IMG/VR virus record: IMGVR_UViG_3300037470_000304
Coordinates: 1 to 58,664 of that record
Reading direction: 5' to 3' (one strand)
Origin: a virus
DNA length: 58,664 nucleotides
A program made the position numbers and the translations under genes. The notes under the pieces are model-generated. The model did no database searches and had not been told where the DNA came from. It worked only from the letters and a program-made list of their open reading frames with translations. Shown here piece by piece: positions 25,836 to 34,783 of this stretch (positions are counted from its first letter, which is position 1; each line of letters opens with the position of its first letter).

Positions 25836-26687
25836 TCAACTCACCACGTAGGCGGCGACGTCGATGGACTCCGCCGTGCCGGAGCATGTGCCGCGCACCT
25901 GCAATTGTGTTCCCGCTGCAATTTTGTTGAAGGCGACTCCAGTGGGCCACGCACAAACGCCCTCGGAAGTTCCAGTCATATGCAGCCGTCTCGGGCCTAT
26001 TCGCGTGCTTCCATAACCAAACTCAAAGGTATAAGCTGCGCTATTCATAGTATTGGTGCCGTCGCCTTGCGCTGATGTTTGCCACGCGAGACATTCAGAC
26101 GCCAATGTCGACCCCAGACTTGTCCAACTGGAAAATGCGCCGGTATTCCCGGATGTGTGCGCTTGCCCCTGTGACGTTGCGGCGCTCATCGTGCCGACTG
26201 TCGTAACCTTTTGCCCGCATGCCCATGAGCCCGGATTCTGATTGCCTCCAAAAGCGCGAATGACAACCTGCTGCGCAATAGAGGCTGTCGCGCAGCGCAC
26301 CTGCGCGCCTATCGAAGCTCCGGCGGGTATCCAAAGCGGGAAATCATATTGATAACTGGGGCCGAATGGCGTTGACCCAACCGCGACCAGACCAGAATAG
26401 CCGCAGAGCAAATCAGAGATAAGCTCTGACCAGCTTGTTCCACCCGCTGGGTCGACAAGAACATCTAAAAGAGCGCTTCTGTTTGTGTTGCTTCCTGAGT
26501 TGGCCAGCAGCGATATGGATAAATATTCGCAATCATGCGCAAGCGCGGATAGAAGCGTAGCCGCCGTGCCATCGGTGTTGGCCGAGCCGCCAGAGGTAAC
26601 GGCAGTGCCTGGAGTAATGCTCGGCGTCGCGGCGAGATTGTCGCTGCAATATCCCCATGACGGCCCTGACGGCAGGATCAGCGCCAT
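25836..26687 (-). CDS. Beta-rich structural protein (two similar halves)
   Basis: 283 aa, Gly/Ser/Thr-rich. The halves end ...IGAQVRCATASIAQQVVIRAFGG and ...TQLQVRGTCSGTAESIDVAAYVVS. Confidence 0.5.
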   Translation of the reverse strand: MALILPSGPSWGYCSDNLAATPSITPGTAVTSGGSANTDGTAATLLSALAHDCEYLSISLLANSGSNTNRSALLDVLVDPAGGTSWSELISDLLCGYSGLVAVGSTPFGPSYQYDFPLWIPAGASIGAQVRCATASIAQQVVIRAFGGNQNPGSWACGQKVTTVGTMSAATSQGQAHTSGNTGAFSSWTSLGSTLASECLAWQTSAQGDGTNTMNSAAYTFEFGYGSTRIGPRRLHMTGTSEGVCAWPTGVAFNKIAAGTQLQVRGTCSGTAESIDVAAYVVS

Positions 26688-26688
26688 A

Positions 26689-27042
26689 TCAGGCCACCGA
26701 CGCGATGCGCCAGACGATGGCGCGATCCGTGCCCGAGACCTTAATCAGTGTCATGTCCCAGCCGACGCCGAGAATGAGCGTCGGCGACACCCAGATCGGC
26801 GTCGCCTGCACATTCGAGAACGTCGCCGTATAAACCTTTCTCTGCGTGCCACCCGATGTCGCCACGGTCTCATAGGCCGCGAAGGTGAAGATGTCGCCGG
26901 CCGCCATCGCGTTGAGATCGATGAATGCCTGAAAGATGCCATCAGACGTGTCGGTATCCGGCCCCGCCGTGTCGGTGGTCATCGAATGCTCGGTGGTCGA
27001 GACGGTTTCGGAGCCCTCGAAGGCCGCGATGGTGATGGTCAT
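26689..27042 (-). CDS. Small beta-rich structural protein
   Basis: Start trimmed to MTITIAAFEG (TAATG junction with 27042..27455). Confidence 0.5.
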   Translation of the reverse strand: MTITIAAFEGSETVSTTEHSMTTDTAGPDTDTSDGIFQAFIDLNAMAAGDIFTFAAYETVATSGGTQRKVYTATFSNVQATPIWVSPTLILGVGWDMTLIKVSGTDRAIVWRIASVA

Positions 27043-27455
27043 TAGACGAGCGTCAAGATGCTGGCGCCGAAATCGACAGTAAATGTCTCGGTGTCGGCGA
27101 GTGTCACGTTCGCGCCATAATCCCACCAGCCGATCAGCTCATCGTTTGTCGCCGTGTCGTTGTAGAGCACCTGATAGCGGAACGTACCCATGGAACCGCC
27201 TGTAGCGGTAAACACAACATCGTTGCCGACAAGGCTGTAAGTGCCGGATGTCTGCGAGGATGCGGTAATCGTCACCGCCGTGCCGCCGGTGGTGTAACCA
27301 TTAGCTCCGGCGATCTGCGTGATGTTGGCGAGCACGGTGTTGCTGGCGACAGGCGCGCTGTTGGTCAGCGCGATCTTGAGCGTGTCCGAACCAAGGTTAT
27401 GCGCCTTCTCAGCAAGAAGCTCCACGAAGCTGTTGAACTTGTTGAATGCTGCCAT
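27042..27455 (-). CDS. Small beta-rich structural protein
   Basis: 137 aa, MAAFNKFNSFVELLAEKAHNLGSDTLKIALTNSAP... Resembles conserved phage virion-associated proteins (recollection only). Confidence 0.5.
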   Translation of the reverse strand: MAAFNKFNSFVELLAEKAHNLGSDTLKIALTNSAPVASNTVLANITQIAGANGYTTGGTAVTITASSQTSGTYSLVGNDVVFTATGGSMGTFRYQVLYNDTATNDELIGWWDYGANVTLADTETFTVDFGASILTLV

Positions 27456-27495
27456 CAGGCGGTCTCTTCCATCGGATCAAAATCGCGGCCCATCA

Positions 27496-28725
27496 TCAGG
27501 CCATCCCCTCGACGCGGCCATCAGCCCCGCGCGCGATACCGCGCTTGCCCGATTTCAGCCGCGCCAGCATCGTCGGCAGATCGCCGTCGCTCTGCCCAAT
27601 CTCCACACCCATCGCGCGCCCGGTCTTGGGATCGCGGCTCACCTTGCGCGGCGCAGTCATATGGCCGACCACGGCGGTGACCGCATCCGTCATCTCATCC
27701 TGATTGCCGCGTATCTCCTGCAGCACGGAGACGATCTGCACTTGATTGGCTGACAGCTCCCGCATGGAGGCGGCGAACTGCGAGGCCAGTTCCGTGATCT
27801 GCTGGGCAACGCTGTCCTCGATCTCGGCCTTGGCGGTCTTGCCGCCTTCGCCCTTCATCTGTTCGCCTTCCAGGCTGCGGCGCGCCTGCTGCTCGTCCCG
27901 ATCCATGGCAAGACGCGATTGTGTTTCATGCGTCTTCAGCTCGCGGTCCTGGCGCTTGCCCTGGATGTCCTCAAGCGCGACCTGGCGCTGGAATTGGCGA
28001 TCGTCGTCCTGGCTAGCCCGGTTGGCCTGCGCTTCGTCGATGCGCATCGCCACATCCTGCTGCTTGACCCCCATGTCGAAGGCGGCGCTTTCCTTCTTGA
28101 ACGACAGCTCCTGCATCTTGATGCCCAGCTCGGCTCGTTTGAATTCAAGCTCGGCGGCAAGCTGCTGCTGCTTCATCGCGAACTCGCTCTCGGCCTGCTT
28201 GACCTTGAGCTGCGCGTCCTGCTGTTTGAACGCCATGTCGGCTTGCTGGGCCTGCGCGCTCGCCTGGGCTTCCTGCTGCTTCATGGCCATCTCAGCCTTG
28301 GCGGCCTCGGCTTCCGGATTGGGCTGCGGCGGGGTGTTCTGGATCTGGTCGAAGGCGTCGCCGAGCTGCTCCTCGAACTGCCGGCCCGGCTTGAACCTGC
28401 TCGACACGAATACCGCTAGTTCCTTGGCGAATGGGGCGAGCGTCGGGTTGCCCTGGATCGCAGGTATCCAGAGCTGCATCATCTCGGTCATCGCCTTGAC
28501 GTATTCGATGCTTTGCGCCTTCTCGGCCTCTTCATCCTCGAAGGCGGTGGCGTCGGTCTCAATGTCGATGCTGTAATTGCGCCGGTCGTCCGAGCGCAGG
28601 ATGCCGGAGACCTCCTCCCAGGAACAGGCCTCGGCGATCAGCTTGTCTTGTTCGAGCTGTTCGGGTGTGGGCATCGGCGGCATGGCTGGCGGTGCGGCGC
28701 CGTTCATCGGCATGGGAGGCATCAC
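27496..28725 (-). CDS. Pro/Met-rich N-terminus, globular segment and long Gln/Ala/Glu coiled coil (scaffold-like or portal-extension-like)
   Basis: 409 aa. MMPPMPMNGAAPPAMPPMP... then ...YSIDIETDATAF..., then a long coiled coil. Confidence 0.5.
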   Translation of the reverse strand: MMPPMPMNGAAPPAMPPMPTPEQLEQDKLIAEACSWEEVSGILRSDDRRNYSIDIETDATAFEDEEAEKAQSIEYVKAMTEMMQLWIPAIQGNPTLAPFAKELAVFVSSRFKPGRQFEEQLGDAFDQIQNTPPQPNPEAEAAKAEMAMKQQEAQASAQAQQADMAFKQQDAQLKVKQAESEFAMKQQQLAAELEFKRAELGIKMQELSFKKESAAFDMGVKQQDVAMRIDEAQANRASQDDDRQFQRQVALEDIQGKRQDRELKTHETQSRLAMDRDEQQARRSLEGEQMKGEGGKTAKAEIEDSVAQQITELASQFAASMRELSANQVQIVSVLQEIRGNQDEMTDAVTAVVGHMTAPRKVSRDPKTGRAMGVEIGQSDGDLPTMLARLKSGKRGIARGADGRVEGMA

Positions 28726-28982
28726 CGCGCGCTCACCCGGATGCAGGCGCCAACATGGTGCAAGCTCTCGACGGGGAACAGATGCGTGATCGTGCTTCCA
28801 TCCGCCTCCGTGATCTCACAAAGCCTATCATCGCCGCTCACTTCAAGCACCGTCATGGGGTGACGTTCACCGCGATTGACAACGCGCGTTCCCATTGGGA
28901 GCACGGTATAGCCGTGGCACGGCTCGCCTGTCTCATCATGAAACCCGCGATGATAACGCGCGCGTTCACAGCATGAGGTCAC
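28722..28982 (-). CDS. Hypothetical 86-aa protein
   Basis: ATGA overlaps on both sides. Cys/His-rich N-terminus. Confidence 0.5.
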   Translation of the reverse strand: MTSCCERARYHRGFHDETGEPCHGYTVLPMGTRVVNRGERHPMTVLEVSGDDRLCEITEADGSTITHLFPVESLHHVGACIRVSAR

Positions 28983-29281
28983 GCGGCTACCGCCTTAACA
29001 TCGTCCGCCCCATCTTCGCGCACGAAGCACTCATCCGCGATGACGATGTTGACGAACCCGCCGGCGCCAGGAGATTGCGAGCGCAACTTGCCAAGCGCGA
29101 ATTCAGCGAACGCAGGGTCTAAAGCGATGACGCGCAGGTAGTTGCATGCAGCCTGATCCGGAGGTTTGCGGCCCTGCTCCCAATCGCGCAGCGTTCCCAA
29201 AGGAAGATTGAAACGCTCGGCGAACGCGGCTTGCGTAAGCCGCATGCCCGCGCGAAGCGCCTTGATAGCTTCTGGCGTCAC
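28979..29281 (-). CDS. XRE/YiaG-type HTH protein (antitoxin-like)
   Basis: IKALRAGMRLTQAAFAERFNLPLGTLRDWEQGRKPPDQAACNYLRVIALDP matches the MqsA/YiaG-style HTH pattern. Confidence 0.6.
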   Translation of the reverse strand: MTPEAIKALRAGMRLTQAAFAERFNLPLGTLRDWEQGRKPPDQAACNYLRVIALDPAFAEFALGKLRSQSPGAGGFVNIVIADECFVREDGADDVKAVAA

Positions 29282-29496
29282 GCGGCTCTATCCCGCAGCT
29301 TGATAACCACCTTTGCGGTGTCGCGATAGAAGTACCAGAGCGGCACAATGTAATGATCTTCTGGAAGGTAGCTGAATTGGCCAACTGGCGAGCAGCCTGT
29401 GGAGAGCACGTACCGGGTCACTTTCGCATCCGGATTGAGTGCGTGCCTCTCACAGAGTTCTCGGGCAACGGCTTCGATATCATCCTCGGCGCTCAT
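29278..29496 (-). CDS. Hypothetical 72-aa protein
   Basis: ATGA overlap with the portal stop and with the HTH gene. Confidence 0.5.
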   Translation of the reverse strand: MSAEDDIEAVARELCERHALNPDAKVTRYVLSTGCSPVGQFSYLPEDHYIVPLWYFYRDTAKVVIKLRDRAA

Positions 29497-31040
29497 GCGG
29501 CTATCCCATTCATCGGAGGTCCGCCATTGTGACCCATCGGCGCGGGCAGCGGCCCGCCCGGCGGCGGCCCCGGCCCCTGCTGCATCTGTTGCGCCTGCAT
29601 CTGTTTCATCTTCTCCGCCATGGCGAGCCGCTGCCTGGCCGCCGCGCGCTCGCTCTCGGGCGGCAACAGGATGCCGGTCATCTGGCTCAATTGCTGAGGC
29701 TCGAAATGCTCGGCGATGATCTCGGCCTTCATCCGGTAGAGGTTGCGCACGAAGGTCTGCACCTCCTTCTGCCGCTTCTGCATGCGCTGCGATCCGAACC
29801 GGGCCTTGAGCTTTTGCGCACCAAGCGTCTCATTGGGGTCGGTCGCGCCGCGAATGACGTCGGATATGCCCGTTACCTCATAGATTGACTGGATCAGGCT
29901 GACGGCGCGCTGGGCGAGCTGCTGAATGGCCATCGCGATCGGCTCAAGGTCGCGGACCTGAAACGCGGCCTTCAGCCCGCCGCCACTGGCCAGGGCGGCC
30001 ATGTTCTTGAACGGCACGAATTGGCTATCGCTCAAATTGCCCAGCGATGACAGTTCATCGTCGGCCGACCCGTCATAGATGCCGCAATATTTGAGCGCCT
30101 CGACAAGCACATAAATGCGCTGGTTGAGCCGGTCCAGCTCGGCGGCCTGATCCTGATACTGGCAATATTCGGGTTGCGGGATCAGCCGGTCCGGCGTCTT
30201 GACGCCATACAGCGGCTTTGGACAGGGGAAGAAGCCTTCCAGCCGATAGGGATCGTCGATGCGCTCGATCTCCCAGTCATAGCCTTCAGCGATGTAAATG
30301 CGGGTGCGCGAGATGCTGTCCCAAATCTCCCAGATTTTGGCCCGCTTGAAGTCGCCAGCGCCCTGGTCTTCGGAGCGTCCTTCACCCTCCTTCAGCGTGA
30401 AGTTGAACGGGACTTTCTGCTTATCGAGGTCGAGGTCCGGGAATTGCTGCTTGACGTCGTCCCTGGTGAACAGATGCTGGCGCGCCACCCAGGGCACCTG
30501 CCGCCATTTCTTGCCCGGCCCATGGGTCCATTCATCATAGGGCACGTGGCAGACCTTGACCTGCTGATAGCCGAGCGTCTCGGCGCCGCCTTCCTCCACG
30601 ATCTCGGCGTCATATTCGATCCAGCACTGGCCGCGCCCACCAAGCAGATAGTCGGTGACACCGTCCTCGATCTCGCCGGCCACATCATAGCGATTGGCGC
30701 AGGCGACCAGCGCGCGCTCCATCACCAGCGCGGCGACGCGCGCGATCTTGTTGGCCTTGCCGGGCTGGGGAAAGGTCCGGCGCACATCGGGGCTGCCAAG
30801 CTCGGCGAACAGCGTGGATTTGAGCACTTCGGTGTTCGACCACAGGATCGAGATGCGGCGGTCGACCTCGCCTTCGTCGCGGTCACGCTCATCCAGATAG
30901 CGGCAGACGACGCTTTCGGCGCGCTTGCGCCATTTGTCCTCACGCTTGAGACTGGCGTCGATCTGGTTGTGCCAATAGCGCGCCGATTTGGGGGGCTCGC
31001 CTTGTTCCCTGGCCTCGCTCTCGGTCAGTTCCTGGGTCAC
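29493..31040 (-). CDS. Portal protein
   Basis: 515 aa directly downstream of terL. ...GATDPNETLGAQKLK... region is typical of podoviral portals. Gln/Pro-rich tail. Confidence 0.75.
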   Translation of the reverse strand: MTQELTESEAREQGEPPKSARYWHNQIDASLKREDKWRKRAESVVCRYLDERDRDEGEVDRRISILWSNTEVLKSTLFAELGSPDVRRTFPQPGKANKIARVAALVMERALVACANRYDVAGEIEDGVTDYLLGGRGQCWIEYDAEIVEEGGAETLGYQQVKVCHVPYDEWTHGPGKKWRQVPWVARQHLFTRDDVKQQFPDLDLDKQKVPFNFTLKEGEGRSEDQGAGDFKRAKIWEIWDSISRTRIYIAEGYDWEIERIDDPYRLEGFFPCPKPLYGVKTPDRLIPQPEYCQYQDQAAELDRLNQRIYVLVEALKYCGIYDGSADDELSSLGNLSDSQFVPFKNMAALASGGGLKAAFQVRDLEPIAMAIQQLAQRAVSLIQSIYEVTGISDVIRGATDPNETLGAQKLKARFGSQRMQKRQKEVQTFVRNLYRMKAEIIAEHFEPQQLSQMTGILLPPESERAAARQRLAMAEKMKQMQAQQMQQGPGPPPGGPLPAPMGHNGGPPMNGIAA

Positions 31041-31068
31041 GCGGGCGATGCGTCCGTTTCAGTTTGCG

Positions 31069-32412
31069 TCATATCCGGTTTCCCTGCGCTCGCGTTTGCT
31101 TATGCCGTGCCGCCAGCGCGCCGATGGTCGGCAGTCTGGTCGGGTCGGGCTGTTCTTTCTCGACGGGTGGCGCGAGGCCCTGCATCACCTGGCAGCCATA
31201 CGAAAAACCATCCGAGGGATGGCTCGCCCAATCATGCAGCGGCTCTTTGGTGAACACCTGCAGATCATGGTTGAACTCGAACGCCCATGCCCTCAGAGCG
31301 TCCACGCCCTTCTCGCAGTTGGTCTCATGAAATTCGCAGCGCTTGATGATGGTGCGCGCCGCGTTGATGCGGTCGGCCTTCGATGTCATCTCGACGATGC
31401 CGCACTTGGCCTGGCCGAAGCGCTTGGCGAATTGCTCGATGGCGGAATGCTTGGACTGGAACGTCTTCGTGCGCGCATCATGCGGCAGCCAGAATTTGCC
31501 GAGCGGCCAACCGCGCGCGGCCAGCCTGCGTTCGAGGCGTTCGATCCACTCCGAGGCCTCCAGCCCGCTGTCCAGATCGAAGTCGAGCACCGCGAACCCA
31601 CCGACGCGGCGCTGCCAGAACCACCACGCCGAGGTGTCGCGCCATCCGATGTCGCTGCTGATCTCGATGGCCGGTCCGTCAGGATCGTATGCGACGCCGT
31701 CATGGATGCGGAATTCCTTGTCCGCCGCGCTGACCCAGCGGCCGAGGATGGCCCCGGCCTGCATGCCATAGCCGCCTTCCCAGACATGTTCGGCGGTGTC
31801 CGGATCATTGTCGTTGTCGTGCTCCATCTCCCGGCGCAAGACATCGGGGAACCATGGGTTGTCGCGCCAGTTGACCAGCACGGCCACCGCTTCGGGATGG
31901 CACGGCTTCTTGCGGAAGAACCTGTCCACCGCGTCGGTGCGATGGCGCGGGTTCCACGAGAACCACAGCTCCGAGCCTTCCTTGCGGATGGTCGGACGGA
32001 GCAGCTCCAACGACACATGGCTGAATGTCTGGGCTTCCTCCACCCAGACGATGTCGAAGCCTTCGAGCGATTTGATGCTCTCGGCATTGTAGGACTGCAT
32101 GCCCCGGAAAATAATCAGCGAGCCGCGCGGGCCGCGTATCTCGTTGTCCAGCACCTCGAAGCAATGACCAAGGCCCAGCTTCTGAATCTTGTCGATCAGC
32201 AGCTGCCGGACACTGTCCCGGATGGTGAGCTGCACCTCACGGATACACACCGCGCGGGTTGGCTGCACAAAGCAGCGTAGGATGATCTGCTCGGCGAAGA
32301 AATGGCTCTTGCCCGAACCGCGCCCACCATAGGCGCCTTTGTAGCGGGCGGGGGCAAGCAGCGGTTTGAGCGCGCGTGGAACCTCATGCGTCAGGGTGTT
32401 TGGGGTCAACAA
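31069..32412 (-). CDS. terL: Terminase large subunit
   Basis: Walker A GGRGSGKS, Walker B-like DIVWVEEA, C-terminal nuclease-like region with HDWASHPSDGF. Confidence 0.9.
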   Translation of the reverse strand: MLTPNTLTHEVPRALKPLLAPARYKGAYGGRGSGKSHFFAEQIILRCFVQPTRAVCIREVQLTIRDSVRQLLIDKIQKLGLGHCFEVLDNEIRGPRGSLIIFRGMQSYNAESIKSLEGFDIVWVEEAQTFSHVSLELLRPTIRKEGSELWFSWNPRHRTDAVDRFFRKKPCHPEAVAVLVNWRDNPWFPDVLRREMEHDNDNDPDTAEHVWEGGYGMQAGAILGRWVSAADKEFRIHDGVAYDPDGPAIEISSDIGWRDTSAWWFWQRRVGGFAVLDFDLDSGLEASEWIERLERRLAARGWPLGKFWLPHDARTKTFQSKHSAIEQFAKRFGQAKCGIVEMTSKADRINAARTIIKRCEFHETNCEKGVDALRAWAFEFNHDLQVFTKEPLHDWASHPSDGFSYGCQVMQGLAPPVEKEQPDPTRLPTIGALAARHKQTRAQGNRI

Positions 32413-32689
32413 TCAGTGTTCTGATGGTTATGTCGGCTTGGAATGCGCCGCCCTCGGGCCCTGACACGGCCTGCACAGGCTTGCCCCAGGCACGGTCGAG
32501 AAGAACGCTGGCGGCACCGACTGATGCCTTGGCGTTTTCGCTGTTCAGCCAATGCACAAGACGCTCGATAGCGTTTGCGGTGTGTTGCTTAGCGAGTTCG
32601 CGGACGTCGCCAATATCCTTAGCGCGACCGCCTGGATTTCCGCTTTTGCCCTTCTGGAATTTGCGGCCCTCGCCGCGCTTGGTTGTCAT
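32384..32689 (-). CDS. terS: Terminase small subunit-like protein
   Basis: 101 aa. Basic N-terminus KGKSGNPGGRAK. Overlaps the terL start. Confidence 0.45.
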   Translation of the reverse strand: MTTKRGEGRKFQKGKSGNPGGRAKDIGDVRELAKQHTANAIERLVHWLNSENAKASVGAASVLLDRAWGKPVQAVSGPEGGAFQADITIRTLIVDPKHPDA

Positions 32690-32717
32690 GGCTGCTCCTG
32701 GCTGATCTCAGCCAGCG

Positions 32718-33011
32718 TTATCTCGCGCGTTTCTGCGGATCATCTTGTTCAAACCGCATAGCGATGTGATCCGCGATGGGCTGGCCGCTATCGGCGAACA
32801 CCCAGACATGGCGGATCGTATCGTCACCGATGTGGATGGCGCGGCGGATGATGGGGGTGAGCATGGCAGCGCGGAAACTTGCCCCATGGTCCTTGCCGGT
32901 CTCATCGATCCAGCTGCAAAAAATCCACCCGTCTTCATCGACAGAGACCGTCATCGCATGCCCGCCGCTCTTGAGCGCCACGGTGTCGCCGGGTTTGAAT
33001 TCGGGGCTCAT
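32718..33011 (-). CDS. DUF2158 (YodC)-like domain protein
   Basis: FKPGDTVALKSGGHAMTVSVDEDGWIFCSW pattern. Confidence 0.55.
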   Translation of the reverse strand: MSPEFKPGDTVALKSGGHAMTVSVDEDGWIFCSWIDETGKDHGASFRAAMLTPIIRRAIHIGDDTIRHVWVFADSGQPIADHIAMRFEQDDPQKRAR

Positions 33012-33196
33012 ACGGCGGCCTTGACCGGGCGGCCAACGCCCTTGCGTGCTCGGATTGCTCGCAGCTCAGCGCCTGACCATTTGCCGGCGTCCCATGCACA
33101 AGGCCGTGCGAGGCAATCCGCATAGGCCTCGGTGCGCCGGGCAAGCTTCTCTTCAATGCGGCGTGCGAGAGCATCGCCACTCATGCGTTTCGACAT
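33008..33196 (-). CDS. Hypothetical 62-aa protein
   Basis: ATGA overlap with the downstream gene. RBS GGAGAGG lies inside a hairpin. Confidence 0.45.
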   Translation of the reverse strand: MSKRMSGDALARRIEEKLARRTEAYADCLARPCAWDAGKWSGAELRAIRARKGVGRPVKAAV

Positions 33197-33199
33197 CTC

Positions 33200-33243
33200 G
33201 ACCTCTCCGTTGAAACAGCAGCGACCTCGCCAGGGGAGAGGTC
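33200..33243 (-). promoter_or_regulatory. Hairpin sequestering the RBS of 33008..33196
   Basis: gacctctcc (33200-33208) pairs with ggagaggtc (33235-33243). On the mRNA the 3' arm GGAGAGGTC lies 3 nt before the ATG. Confidence 0.35.
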
Positions 33244-33366
33244 ATGTCACCCCGGCGATGATCGCGCTAAGCTCACCCAACTCCAACATGGCCACGCGAT
33301 CGTTAGCCGTCCCATGGCAGGCAGGCGAGCAAACTGAAATGACGCTAATCGCTTGGCCCCATGGCA

Positions 33367-33906
33367 TCACGCCTCGGAGCGATTATAACCGTGGCGCTCG
33401 AAGCGCAGACGCACCAGAAGCGAGAACACCTCACCCGATTCCGGCGTATAGGCCCCGCGTGCTTCCACGGCCGTGTAGATTGTCGCCCCCACATTCAAAT
33501 CCTCGGCGATCGTGAGCGCATCCGTCAGTGCGCCGCCCCAACCAACCGCATCGGATGCAAACGCAAGCCCGATCGTGACGTCGATGGAGCCGAGATAGGC
33601 ATCGGGCTGCGTGGAGACATAGGCGCCGTTGTCGCCGTTGGAAAAGACCGGAGCGGCTGTGTAGAAATGCACCCGAAAGGCGGCGTTGGTGATGCTCGTC
33701 CCGCTCTTGCGCAACCGGCAGCGATGGATATGGATATGGCCGCCGCGTTCGGCGGGCAGGATGAACTGCATCGGCGTCACGGAGCCGGCCGTCGTCGAAT
33801 TGGCGACGAGATCGCCAGAGGCGTAAGCCGTGGTGTCGGCTGGCCGCGTGAAATCCGCCTCGGCTGTCGTCATGGGTCGACTGGGGAATGTCGCGCTGAT
33901 GGCCAT
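33367..33906 (-). CDS. Beta-rich hypothetical protein (first gene after a terminator-like hairpin)
   Basis: Start trimmed to MAISATF. The upstream part of the track ORF runs through a hairpin/T-run and looks non-coding. Confidence 0.45.
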   Translation of the reverse strand: MAISATFPSRPMTTAEADFTRPADTTAYASGDLVANSTTAGSVTPMQFILPAERGGHIHIHRCRLRKSGTSITNAAFRVHFYTAAPVFSNGDNGAYVSTQPDAYLGSIDVTIGLAFASDAVGWGGALTDALTIAEDLNVGATIYTAVEARGAYTPESGEVFSLLVRLRFERHGYNRSEA

Positions 33907-33929
33907 ACAAGGTTCCGGATGCGGGCAAC

Positions 33930-33950
33930 AAAAAGCCCCTCGGACGGGCT
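33930..33950 (-). terminator. Weak rho-independent terminator candidate
   Basis: Minus strand reads agccc-gtccgag-gggct followed by ttttg, 24 nt upstream of the ATG at 33906. Confidence 0.35.
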
Positions 33951-34045
33951 GTCCTGGGGCTTGGGCAGGGTGTGGATACAATTCACAACCCTGCATTAAT
34001 TGCTGCCTTAGCCGTTTGGCGTTGTCAAGCGCCACGTTTTCAGCA

Positions 34046-34180
34046 TCATTCGTAGTCGTAGCAGATGGCCAGCGGCCCCAAACACCACCAGACGCCGACG
34101 ACACGGCCATCATCCTCGATGGCGTCACGCTTCCCAAGCCGCCACGCTAACGGATTCCAAGCCCAAGCAAGTCCCCACAT
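34046..34180 (-). CDS. Possible 44-aa Trp-rich peptide (below track cutoff)
   Basis: AAGGAGA RBS 6 nt before the ATG. MWGLAWAWNPLAWRLGKRDAIEDDGRVVGVWWCLGPLAICYDYE. Confidence 0.35.
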   Translation of the reverse strand: MWGLAWAWNPLAWRLGKRDAIEDDGRVVGVWWCLGPLAICYDYE

Positions 34181-34198
34181 TCCGTTCTCCTTTCAGAT

Positions 34199-34783
34199 TT
34201 ACGTCGATCGTTTGTAGTGCCCCTCCAGCGCGTCGCAGGTGCGACAGAGTACGCGCTTGAACGACGCCCGCGCCCAAAGCTCCGATGCCTCGGGAAACCA
34301 CGCCTTCGCCTGTTCCCGCCAGCCACAGGGCTCGGTTGCGATCCAGTCGAGCATGCGGCGGCGCTTGGGTCCGCATCGCGCCTGTGCGGCCGCGAGACGG
34401 GCGAGGTAATCCGCCGCTGCCTCGACTGGCAGCAGGAAGGGTTGCCCGCCACCCTCGATCATCCTGGGCTCATATCGCACGGTTGCGCAGGGGCCGACGA
34501 TAGCCGCGAGATCAGCATCGCGCTGATAGCGGCGCGCGGCACCATATTGCCCGGCGTCGAGAATGCCGGCCTTCCACAGTTGCTCCAGCGGGTTGAGGAT
34601 GCGCATGCGCTTGAGCTGCGTTTCCTCGCCGGCATCAGTTCGGTAGGTCTCCACCACCAGCATGGTGCCCGATAGCGCGGCATGGCGGATGCGCTGCGCC
34701 GTGGGGCCTTGCCAGTTGGGCAGGGTGATGGTGGCGGGCCGGCGCTTGCGGCCGGTGCGGCGGCATGGGATGGCGTGCATCAT
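34199..34783 (-). CDS. Hypothetical 194-aa protein (regulator candidate by position)
   Basis: Last sizeable gene of the early-left block before the late genes. Basic N-terminus. No family recognised. Confidence 0.5.
   Translation of the reverse strand: MMHAIPCRRTGRKRRPATITLPNWQGPTAQRIRHAALSGTMLVVETYRTDAGEETQLKRMRILNPLEQLWKAGILDAGQYGAARRYQRDADLAAIVGPCATVRYEPRMIEGGGQPFLLPVEAAADYLARLAAAQARCGPKRRRMLDWIATEPCGWREQAKAWFPEASELWARASFKRVLCRTCDALEGHYKRST

Noticed and set aside
29278-29496. Calling the 72-aa ORF a RelE/HigB-type toxin partner of the adjacent HTH.
   Set aside because: No RelE/HigB-like motifs are recognisable by eye. It is reported only as an antitoxin-like HTH with unknown partners.
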